A stretch of DNA of 64,000 bases from Turneriella sp. (GTDB lineage Bacteria; Spirochaetota; Leptospiria; Turneriellales; Turneriellaceae). Position numbers and translations under genes: made by a program. The stretch lies in NCBI GenBank assembly GCA_965279515.1, contig CBDIID010000003.1, forward strand, positions 4,128,001 through 4,192,000, in the 5' to 3' direction. Below are positions 56,341 to 64,000 of this stretch, one piece after another; within the stretch, counting starts at the first letter, position 1, and each line of letters starts with the position of its first letter. The notes beneath the pieces are model-generated. The model worked only from the letters and a program-made list of their open reading frames with translations, was not told where the DNA came from and made no database searches.

Positions 56341-57420
56341 TTACTTAAACGGATTTGTCACCGACAGCGAGGAAACTTTGACGAAGTCAACGTCGGTTTT
56401 TGCCGAGCGGCTGACTTTTTTCAGGCAGCGGAACGCTGTGTCGTCTGCCGCGTCGACGGCCATCACGCGTGAAACATTTTCACCGGAACGCGCGGCGAAA
56501 CTTTCGAGCGTCGAGCAGAAGTTATTCTTTTTATCGGGCATCACCTGCGCACGGAACGTGCGGAAATTCATGATGCGCCCGGTCTCATAAAAGGAAGAAG
56601 TGACGTGGTGGTCGGCGTCTAAAAGCACGAGATCCTTGCCGTCGTTTTTGTCGCGCAGTGCCGCGAAGAGTGCGCGCAGCGCAGGCACGTTTTTGCAAAA
56701 GCGCGAACAGTAGAGCGGGCTGGCGCCGGCAATGCCGTCGTCGTCGTCCAGTACACTCAGGTACTCGGCGAGTTTTTCAGAATCGAGTGCTTCATTGATT
56801 GTCAGCAAATTGCCGTCGGCAATGTCGGTATTCTCATCTTCGAGCGGAATCGCCAGCCAGACTTCATCGCCATACGATGAAACCTGCTGCATGAGTTCTT
56901 TCGAATCGCCGCGGCCGAGTGTGACGCCGAAGGTCAGCGGCACACCGAGCGTGCGCCACTTGACGAGATCCGCACTGGCGCGCACATTTTGCACATAGAG
57001 CGCGACCTGTTTGCCCTGCACCGGGTTTTTCGGCCACAGGTCGAAAGCGTTGCGTACAAAGAGTTTAAAATAAACCGTGTCGTTGCCGTATTTGGTTTTG
57101 TAGAGATACATGCCATTCTGCGGCCGTAATTTGTAGGTCTCTCTCTTGACGCTGAAGAAGTTCTTCAGCAGTATGTCGACAAATTTCGCGCGCTGGCCGG
57201 CTGTGTAACTGCCATTGCAGGCGACAGAGGCGAGGGGATACCCTTTCTTTTTGATGAGGATGGTTTCACAGGCATCTTCTGCCCACAGCGCTTCGAGCTC
57301 TTTGGTCGTCTCGGCGAGGGCTTCAGGCAGAGTCGACTGAAGAGCAGGGCGTGCCTTGCCCGGTGATACCGCAGCCAGCAGTACGAAGGCGAATAACAGT
57401 GTCTTACTTAGTAAGCTCAT
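56341..57420 (-). CDS. Secreted protein with degenerate divergent-polysaccharide-deacetylase (YibQ-like) domain
   Basis: LGVPLTFGV, GDEVWL.IPLE, LLD and F.KVS resemble the DUF610/YibQ pattern. Confidence 0.5.
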   Translation of the reverse strand: MSLLSKTLLFAFVLLAAVSPGKARPALQSTLPEALAETTKELEALWAEDACETILIKKKGYPLASVACNGSYTAGQRAKFVDILLKNFFSVKRETYKLRPQNGMYLYKTKYGNDTVYFKLFVRNAFDLWPKNPVQGKQVALYVQNVRASADLVKWRTLGVPLTFGVTLGRGDSKELMQQVSSYGDEVWLAIPLEDENTDIADGNLLTINEALDSEKLAEYLSVLDDDDGIAGASPLYCSRFCKNVPALRALFAALRDKNDGKDLVLLDADHHVTSSFYETGRIMNFRTFRAQVMPDKKNNFCSTLESFAARSGENVSRVMAVDAADDTAFRCLKKVSRSAKTDVDFVKVSSLSVTNPFK

Positions 57421-58111
57421 TGGGTAAAATAAAGTTATCGTCGTACATTGTCGGCCCCGTCGGCTGTTGCTCTGGTTGCGGTGTGCTTGTCTTCATCAGT
57501 GCTTCGGGAGGCATGACCGGCAAATTTCCCGGAATGTTCACAAAATAGAGTTTCGCGAGTTCGTCCACCAAATTGACTTTCATTTTTTTGCCTGTGGTAG
57601 CGTCGCCGCGGTCGGCTTCGAGAACCAGGGAGTAGAAGGCGTTTTCGCAGTGCGTGCGGTATTTGTCTTCCTGGTCGCGGGGGATAAGGCATGAGACGAC
57701 AACAGGCCCCAGGTCAGAAATCACGATGGCAGTTTCTTCCCGGTAAAGTTTTCCCCGCGAGCGGACCTCCCACACGGAGAGATGCAGGTTCTCTTTGAAT
57801 TTCGAGTCTTTTTCTTCGATTAGGCGCACGAGCGGGTATTCGGAAGAAAGCCGCGCGGCCTTCTGGTTGACGATCTGCGGTATCGTCAGCTTCTCTTTGC
57901 CGGCAAAACTGCGCACTTCGATACGGGCATTGCCCTTGCGGAACTGGGCGATGACGCCGTTACGTTTCACCGATTCCCAAGTGCGCCAGGTTTCAGGCAC
58001 ATCGAGGGTAAAGGGCGACTCGCCCGATTTGGACTCCCACTGGTAGGGTATAGCATGGCCCGCCCCTGAAATCAGGGCATAAAACAAGGCTATGCGTGGA
58101 AAGAAACGCAT
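57404..58111 (-). CDS. Secreted hypothetical protein
   Basis: Signal peptide; F.LDVP..W (PsbP-like start). Confidence 0.6.
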   Translation of the reverse strand: MRFFPRIALFYALISGAGHAIPYQWESKSGESPFTLDVPETWRTWESVKRNGVIAQFRKGNARIEVRSFAGKEKLTIPQIVNQKAARLSSEYPLVRLIEEKDSKFKENLHLSVWEVRSRGKLYREETAIVISDLGPVVVSCLIPRDQEDKYRTHCENAFYSLVLEADRGDATTGKKMKVNLVDELAKLYFVNIPGNLPVMPPEALMKTSTPQPEQQPTGPTMYDDNFILPNELTK

Positions 58112-58198
58112 CTCTGTTAATTCTCGGCGTTTTTGGAGGGGGAACGATAGGAAAATAGTCCTGAATAGGATTGACGATGCCGGGGAGGGGGCAGCCGC

Positions 58199-59089
58199 TT
58201 GACTATGGCCAAATACCCATCAAAGATAATCGCCTTGTGTGTTATTCATATCATAGCTTTATTCTTTACGGGGTGCAAAAATGAGAGCGGGAATTCTGCC
58301 CAGACCAGCGGATCCTTGACGATGACAATCGACGGCGTTGCCGCTACATATACTACGGATCGGCTTTACTGTTCTCAGTCCGCTGGGCTTTCCTGCAGAT
58401 TTTTTCCAGTAGGGACAGCCTCATTCCCCCAAATACGGTTCTCCTTTAATCGTACTCTTACGGCAGGCAGTGCTTTCACGACTGCACCTTCGACGGAGTT
58501 TCTGGGTGATCTGATCACCTATTATGAGAATGAGTGCCAGTACGACGCCGGCGGGGCTTACTACAGCTACAACACCAGTGGCGGCTCTATGCAAGTCGCT
58601 GTCACGCAGCAGACGAGCGATTTATATGGTACCGACATCAAGCTCAATTTTTCTGGAACTGTCAACAAAGGAACGCCAGCTTATGCCCGATCCATTACTT
58701 CAGGGACTGCGAATTTACATCTCTGCACCCATGACGATTGCAATCCTCCCATAGTCACACCAGCGAGTTTCATTTATCGCCCAGACACAATGAACCGGAA
58801 TCAGTTATATAACGGCGTAACGATCGGGCAAAAAGAAAGTAAATGCTATTATTTTACGCCACCGAGCTCGCAAACGTATTCGCTGCAATTCAGTTCACCT
58901 GTCACCGTCACCTCTATGAACGTTAATTATGGCTATCGGACTTCTTCAGGTTTTAGCGGCGGTTTCTGTGGTACCGCTGCCAATGGCTCATGCAATCTTG
59001 TCATTCCTAACGCAAACGTGCGGACAGCCATCGAAATCACCGCTGGCAACAATCTCGCCGGTTCGTTTTCCATGCAGCTTACGCCCTAG
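58199..59089 (+). CDS. Ser/Thr/Cys-rich hypothetical lipoprotein
   Basis: Lipobox FTGC, beta-rich S/T/G/Y composition, and AT-richer codon usage than its neighbours. Confidence 0.7.
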   Translation: MTMAKYPSKIIALCVIHIIALFFTGCKNESGNSAQTSGSLTMTIDGVAATYTTDRLYCSQSAGLSCRFFPVGTASFPQIRFSFNRTLTAGSAFTTAPSTEFLGDLITYYENECQYDAGGAYYSYNTSGGSMQVAVTQQTSDLYGTDIKLNFSGTVNKGTPAYARSITSGTANLHLCTHDDCNPPIVTPASFIYRPDTMNRNQLYNGVTIGQKESKCYYFTPPSSQTYSLQFSSPVTVTSMNVNYGYRTSSGFSGGFCGTAANGSCNLVIPNANVRTAIEITAGNNLAGSFSMQLTP

Positions 59090-59373
59090 CGTAAATTCTT
59101 CAGATCGTGCTCAGTCCGCTCGATCTGCTGTTCGATCGTCGGCGTATGCGAACCGGGAATGCAGTTTTGCGGCGGCGTGTTCTTTCGTCGTGCGTCGAGG
59201 TTTTCATAGAGTTCAAACCAGTCGACCTGTTTGTCTTCGTCGAGATATTTGACATTCGAAAGATGCATCTTGCGCGTCGCATAACCGAGGTCTTCGTCGC
59301 AGGGGTCTACGCTGAGTTTGGGTTTGGCGCAGGCGATGAGGGTGAAAGAAACCAGGATGAGGGATATCCGCAT
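59086..59373 (-). CDS. Small hypothetical lipoprotein
   Basis: MRISLILVSFTLIAC lipobox. Confidence 0.65.
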   Translation of the reverse strand: MRISLILVSFTLIACAKPKLSVDPCDEDLGYATRKMHLSNVKYLDEDKQVDWFELYENLDARRKNTPPQNCIPGSHTPTIEQQIERTEHDLKNLR

Positions 59374-59414
59374 TTCAGTTTAGTATCGGCCGTCTATGGC
59401 CCTTAAGTTAAGAT

Positions 59415-59432
59415 CGGGGGCCGAAGCCCCCG
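59415..59432 (-). terminator. Stem-loop with UUCG tetraloop downstream of the FecR-domain gene
   Basis: Minus strand cgggggc-TTCG-gcccccg followed by atcttaactt (weak U tract). Confidence 0.6.
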
Positions 59433-59439
59433 GCCAGGA

Positions 59440-60102
59440 TCAGTCGTAGTTGTTCTTCAGCAGGTCTTTATAAGCACCCTTGAGGCTGCTCTTGTCTTCG
59501 ACCTCGCCTTTCGACGCATCCATGTTCCAGTTCAGCTTCTTGGTCCATGAATATGCTTTGGGTTTTGGAATCTGTTTGTCGGTGGGGATAATAATACCTT
59601 CGCCGGCATTGACATCGACATTGCTCTGTGTGCCCGAGTCCACGACATTGACCTTGCCTTCGTTCACGCACAGCCACATGTCGGCCTTGGCTTTCTTTTT
59701 GTCGCCGTAGGCAAAATAAAACTCGGTGCCGCGCACCGCCGCAACCATCGTCTGCGCGCGGATCTGGAATGTCTGCCCAGCCTGGCGGCGATCGACTTTC
59801 GAGAACACGGAACCTGCACCCACGTCAATCGAGGTGGCGTTGCCCACAGCGCTCAGTGTGATCTGTGAATCAGATTTGAGCTTGAGGACTGCGCCGGATT
59901 TCAGGCTGATGATGACCGTGCCTTTCGGGCCGGTCTTGATTTTATCGGCTTCGTTGACGATCGTGCCGAGCTGGGCCTTTTGCCAGCCTTTGCCGCCGTC
60001 GACGCTGACGTCGCCCGAGACGAAGGTCAGTTTGCCGGCATCGGCTGCCAGCCCGCCTGTCATTAATGCAGCTGCGATCAGCATTATTTTTTGTATTTTC
60101 AT
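59440..60102 (-). CDS. Secreted FecR-domain protein
   Basis: Signal peptide, GDV.V, D.IKTG, VAAVRGTEF and V.EGKV.V. Confidence 0.85.
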   Translation of the reverse strand: MKIQKIMLIAAALMTGGLAADAGKLTFVSGDVSVDGGKGWQKAQLGTIVNEADKIKTGPKGTVIISLKSGAVLKLKSDSQITLSAVGNATSIDVGAGSVFSKVDRRQAGQTFQIRAQTMVAAVRGTEFYFAYGDKKKAKADMWLCVNEGKVNVVDSGTQSNVDVNAGEGIIIPTDKQIPKPKAYSWTKKLNWNMDASKGEVEDKSSLKGAYKDLLKNNYD

Positions 60103-60289
60103 TGATGCTCCTGGGATACCTAATGTATCCGGAAACGGCAGGTGCCGTGTCCTTATGTTGTTATGGCACAATCGCGGCCCCCGCATCCGGCAGGCAACCA
60201 CAATTTCTCAGTACATGCCTTTAAAGCTGAACCCTGCGTCGGGCCGTGAAAATCTGTTTACGGTGTGAAATCAATCTAAAGAGGAAAAA

Positions 60290-60790
60290 ATGCGCAGAAT
60301 CTCATTCGCGGGCAAAGCACCGATCCTGCTTGTTTTTCTGCCCCTGTTGTATTGCTCGAGCCGCTTCGTGAAGAAAGAAGAGGTGCTGCGTATCAGCAAA
60401 GACTACGATAAAGTTTATTCGCTCAAAGAGCGCATGGAAGTCGGTAATTTCGACAGCCTGAACAAGGGTGCCAAAGTAAAAATTTACTTCAAAACAACGG
60501 GTGATTACATTTCCATCTACGCCTACCCGCATTCGCAGGCGCGCGAAGAGGCGGTGGGCAAGAATGTGCTGCAGCTCTTCGATACCGATTTTCCGGATAA
60601 AAAATTCAGCGAAGAAGTTTTTCGCCAGAAACTCGCGCTGGCATTCGAGGAGTATAAAGGCAAGCTGGATAAAATACCTGTCGATCAGGGTTTCGGCTCA
60701 GATCTCAATAAAGGCAAAATGCCGCTTGCAGATGGCAGCAAACCTTCCCGTGGCGGCGGCGGTGGTCGCCGCGGCAAGCGCGGCAGATAA
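60290..60790 (+). CDS. Lipoprotein resembling the Leptospiraceae type II secretion-associated lipoprotein
   Basis: Lipobox LLYC, KG.KVKIY and YP....RE.A.GK (recalled family pattern); Gly/Arg-rich tail. Confidence 0.55.
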   Translation: MRRISFAGKAPILLVFLPLLYCSSRFVKKEEVLRISKDYDKVYSLKERMEVGNFDSLNKGAKVKIYFKTTGDYISIYAYPHSQAREEAVGKNVLQLFDTDFPDKKFSEEVFRQKLALAFEEYKGKLDKIPVDQGFGSDLNKGKMPLADGSKPSRGGGGGRRGKRGR

Positions 60791-60793
60791 AAC

Positions 60794-62056
60794 ATGCGCA
60801 TCGGAATTTTTGGTTTAGGCACCGTCGGCCAGGGCCTGGTTGAAATTATCCGCCAGAAAGAGAGCGGCATAACCATTGCTGCGGTCGTCGACCGCAGCTT
60901 TGCGAAAAAGCAACAGGTTCTGCAGGACATCCCCGCTTCTGCTGACCGCAACCTGATTCTCAAAGACCCCTCGATCGACACGGTAGTCGAACTCATGGGC
61001 GGCATCGACGATGCTCTCTATGTCGTGCGCTCGGCTCTCGAGCACGGCAAGAACGTTGTCACGGCCAATAAGGCGCTGCTCGCGGAGCACGGTTACGCAC
61101 TTTTCCAGTTCGCCGAAGAGAAAGGTAAATTTATCTGCTTCGAGGCCGCGGTCGCAGGTGCGATTCCGATTATCCGCAACATCGAAACTATTTTCCGCAA
61201 TGAGCGGATTACCCGCCTCATGGGAATTATCAACGGCACTACAAATTACATTCTCACGCGTATGCGCAAAGACGGCATGTCTTATGGCGATGTGCTCGAG
61301 GTCGCGCAGAAACAAGGGCTTGCGGAAGCCGACCCGACGCTCGACGTGGGCGGCTACGATGCGCAGCAGAAGCTGGCGCTGCTGTTGTCGCTCATTACCG
61401 GTAAATGGGTAGAAGCAAAAAATATTCCGGTGCGCGGCATTTCAGAACTCTCCAGCCAGGATGTCGTCTGGGCCGAGAGGTTTCATAACCGTATTCGCCT
61501 TGTCGCCGATTACACCTTCCTTAACGGCAACCATTACATGCATGTGACGCCGGCTCTCGTCAATGAACAGAATGTGCTCTACGACATTGAGTATGAAAAC
61601 AACGCGATTCTTTTCCATGGCGAATATTCGGGTGAGCACCTTTTCATGGGCAAGGGCGCCGGAAAGTTCCCGACGGCCTTTTCCGTCTATTCCGACCTTA
61701 TGCACCTGAAATCAGGCAATGCGCGCTGGCCGTCGGGTACGCGAAGCGGGCAGTATTCACAGGGGCAGGGCTATCTCGCTATCGGCGACATTGCCGACAC
61801 AAGCTCTGCGTTTTACCTGCGCCTGCGCGTTAAAGACCAGCCGGGTGTGCTTGCCGCGATTGCGCAGATTCTGGGTAACAACGCCTTGTCGATTGCCTCA
61901 GTGCACCAGGACCATTCGGCGGTGGCGGCGGGCGAGGTCGATATTGTTATCCACACGCATGCCGCGAAGCGCAGCAGTTTCTATAAAGGCCTGAGGGAAA
62001 TCCAGAATCTGAAGAGTATTGTTCTCCACCAGATTTATTTGCCCGTGCTCGCCTGA
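60794..62056 (+). CDS. hom: Homoserine dehydrogenase with C-terminal ACT domain
   Basis: GLGTVG, VVTANKA, FEAAVAGAIP, GIINGTTNYIL, AEADPT.DV.G.D, GAG..PTA and D.PGVLA. Confidence 0.95.
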   Translation: MRIGIFGLGTVGQGLVEIIRQKESGITIAAVVDRSFAKKQQVLQDIPASADRNLILKDPSIDTVVELMGGIDDALYVVRSALEHGKNVVTANKALLAEHGYALFQFAEEKGKFICFEAAVAGAIPIIRNIETIFRNERITRLMGIINGTTNYILTRMRKDGMSYGDVLEVAQKQGLAEADPTLDVGGYDAQQKLALLLSLITGKWVEAKNIPVRGISELSSQDVVWAERFHNRIRLVADYTFLNGNHYMHVTPALVNEQNVLYDIEYENNAILFHGEYSGEHLFMGKGAGKFPTAFSVYSDLMHLKSGNARWPSGTRSGQYSQGQGYLAIGDIADTSSAFYLRLRVKDQPGVLAAIAQILGNNALSIASVHQDHSAVAAGEVDIVIHTHAAKRSSFYKGLREIQNLKSIVLHQIYLPVLA

Positions 62057-62058
62057 GT

Positions 62059-63564
62059 TTAAGGCCCTGCGACCACCGATTTTACCCGCGGGGGTTTGGG
62101 TAATTTCTTTTTTGTTATTTCAAGCAGGGACGGCTTTGATGAAACCAGTAATTTCCGGTACTCGCGGTCATAGACGCCGATCTTCCAGTAATATTTTCCC
62201 GGCGGCAGAAAGGCAACAAAAGCAGTTTCTGTAGTCTTTTGGCTCTGCAAGGCATGGCTGAACGTCTCGTTACGGGCGATGGTGATTTTAAATGTCCGTT
62301 GCGGCCCCGGGTATTTCCATAACAGGTGTGCATGGCCCTCGGCGGCGTCGGGTTCAATCGAAATTTTTTTGTCGGATTTAGGATCTGCATAAGGCAGAAA
62401 CTCGCTTTGCGGGGAAATTGTGAAGCGCGCGGTCAGCGGCTTGTATTCTGCCCGGCTCTTGGGTTCCACTTTCCAGTAATAATTGCCAGGCCGCAACGGG
62501 CCGGGTTTGACGAGGCCTGCCGATGAATCCTGAACCATGACGGGATCAGAAAAATCCGCTTTCCGGGAAAGCGAGAACCTGGACGAAACGACATCGTCTT
62601 CACCGGGGAGATCCCAGCGGAAGACCAGGTCATCGGCCTGGTTGCGCGGAATTTGTTCGCCAGGATTGGGATAGATAATGCGCAGTGCAGTCGCTGGCCG
62701 CACGCGTATCGTCGCCGCCGGCGACTGGCTTTCCGGAGTTGCGGCATTTTTTTCATGCGCCGTTTCGCACGAGACCTGCCAGACATAGGTTCCCGAGGGC
62801 AGCGTGCGGCTCACCGAACTGCCCTTGACGGTGAATTTCCGGGACATGCCGGCTGAGTCTTTCAGCTGCACAGAGCAATTGTCTGCCGGCGACGCCGTTT
62901 GCCACTGGAATGCGACAGGTTCATCCGGTCTTGTCACCACAATGCCGTCCTCGGGTTTAACGAGCCTGATGGCGAAGTTCTTTTTGATGATGTTGCCGCG
63001 CTCGTCGCGGCTTAAAGCCTGGCCGGATTGAACGTCGGTTTTTTGCCCGGCTTTTTCGACGCGGGCGCTGCCTTCTGTAACGGCGAGTTCGCTGCTATCT
63101 GCCGTGGATGAAATGCGTGTATTGGCATTTTTCAGGTCCATACGCGTGCCATCCGCCGTGGTCACGACCGCATGTGCGCCTGCCGAACCTTCTGTGTGTA
63201 CGACACCGCCCTTGAGGGCGATATTCGCCGTATTGCCGAGCATATCGATTTCGACCATCGAATTCGGATCTATCTGGATCTTCAGTCCGTTCTGCATGGT
63301 AATCTTTGCGTCGGATTCACCGTTGGTCATAATCGAATCGTATAAATAGATTTCTTCTTCAGCCTCGAGATCTTCCCACATCATGCGGTCAGAATATTTT
63401 CGCAGCACTTCGCGGTAGCGGTATTCGACGGTGCCGACGGGTTTGAGATCCTCTGAGAGAATGCCGCGCTGCCGGCTGTGCCAGTAGATCAGGTAGATAA
63501 GCAGTGCTATCACCGCCGACGCTACCGCGGCGAAAAAATAATCGTTTCGTGTAAGTTTTGTCAT
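62059..63564 (-). CDS. Membrane-anchored FecR-domain protein with repeated Ig/FN3-like modules
   Basis: N-terminal TM, DSI.T...S.A.I, V.EG.A.V, then repeated F.W...G.Y.W modules. Confidence 0.75.
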   Translation of the reverse strand: MTKLTRNDYFFAAVASAVIALLIYLIYWHSRQRGILSEDLKPVGTVEYRYREVLRKYSDRMMWEDLEAEEEIYLYDSIMTNGESDAKITMQNGLKIQIDPNSMVEIDMLGNTANIALKGGVVHTEGSAGAHAVVTTADGTRMDLKNANTRISSTADSSELAVTEGSARVEKAGQKTDVQSGQALSRDERGNIIKKNFAIRLVKPEDGIVVTRPDEPVAFQWQTASPADNCSVQLKDSAGMSRKFTVKGSSVSRTLPSGTYVWQVSCETAHEKNAATPESQSPAATIRVRPATALRIIYPNPGEQIPRNQADDLVFRWDLPGEDDVVSSRFSLSRKADFSDPVMVQDSSAGLVKPGPLRPGNYYWKVEPKSRAEYKPLTARFTISPQSEFLPYADPKSDKKISIEPDAAEGHAHLLWKYPGPQRTFKITIARNETFSHALQSQKTTETAFVAFLPPGKYYWKIGVYDREYRKLLVSSKPSLLEITKKKLPKPPRVKSVVAGP

Positions 63565-63570
63565 ATCTGC

Positions 63571-64000
63571 TTAGTATTTTATTTTTTTACCGGGATACAT
63601 ATCCACAAGTTTATGCAGTTCTTTCAGGTTTTGGGGTGCCTTTTTATCTCCGGCATAACCGAGTACGGCAAAGACTTTCTGTTCGCTTTGTTTGCCCTTG
63701 ACTTTTACTTTGCGCATCGGCACACAGTGGAATTTTTCTTTTACCAAAGCGTGAGTGTTTTCACTGATCAGGATATCGGTGCCGAAAACTTTGTTCAGGC
63801 CTTCGAGGCGCGATGCGAGATTGACGGCGTCGCCAATGACCGTATATTCCAGGCGGTCCTCGCTGCCGATCTGGCCGGCGAGCACGGGGCCGGTGTTAAT
63901 GCCCATGCCGATTTTGATAATGGGTTTGGCGCGGCTGCCGCGGCCGACATTATACTGGCGCAATGCGTCGCGCATCATCAGCGCTGTCTCAACGGCATTC
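63571..64000 (-). CDS. Adenylate/guanylate cyclase (class III) C-terminus; 5' end outside the window
   Basis: IGMGINTG.V.AG.IGS..R.EYTVIGDAVNLASRLE and VKGK. Confidence 0.92.
   Translation of the reverse strand, partial: NAVETALMMRDALRQYNVGRGSRAKPIIKIGMGINTGPVLAGQIGSEDRLEYTVIGDAVNLASRLEGLNKVFGTDILISENTHALVKEKFHCVPMRKVKVKGKQSEQKVFAVLGYAGDKKAPQNLKELHKLVDMYPGKKIKY

Noticed and set aside
1..64000. tRNA, rRNA, IS transposase, integrase or prophage genes
   Set aside because: None recognised by eye. tRNAscan-SE, Infernal and ISEScan were not run and would be needed to exclude them formally.

Overview
Gene-dense bacterial chromosome segment with about 60 CDS and no rRNA, tRNA, CRISPR array or intact transposase recognised. 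Gene content suggests a free-living Leptospiraceae spirochete such as Turneriella, which is inference only. The indicators are a stand-alone GlmU N-terminal domain, a divergent Pth, FecR/adenylate cyclase genes, a T2SS-associated-type lipoprotein and spirochete-style lipoboxes. Core blocks: glmU-prs-rplY-pth-tilS-GT9, aroA::cmk-rpsA-gldF/G-SDR-TlpA-kup-kup-carboxyltransferase-hydratase, cysK, proA-nadD, lgt, hom. Accessory blocks: a CpxP/ECF sigma/anti-sigma/dioxygenase operon with an ECF-type promoter, a three-gene 2-hydroxyacyl-CoA dehydratase activase/reductase cluster with the domain set of anaerobic plasmalogen synthase PlsA/PlsR, an MNT-HEPN toxin-antitoxin pair beside an hsdM relic, a MarR circuit with two visible operators, and AraC/GyrI/VOC genes. 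The most striking unexplained structure is a ~190-nt non-coding array (3186-3376) of seven evenly spaced hairpins that each display GGA in the loop, the architecture of a CsrA/RsmA-sequestering sRNA. Also notable are C/G-rich palindromic repeats inserted in frame into genes, two apparent CTG-initiated genes, and Pth and Lgt homologs with altered catalytic motifs. All product calls come from motif recognition by eye, not database searches.
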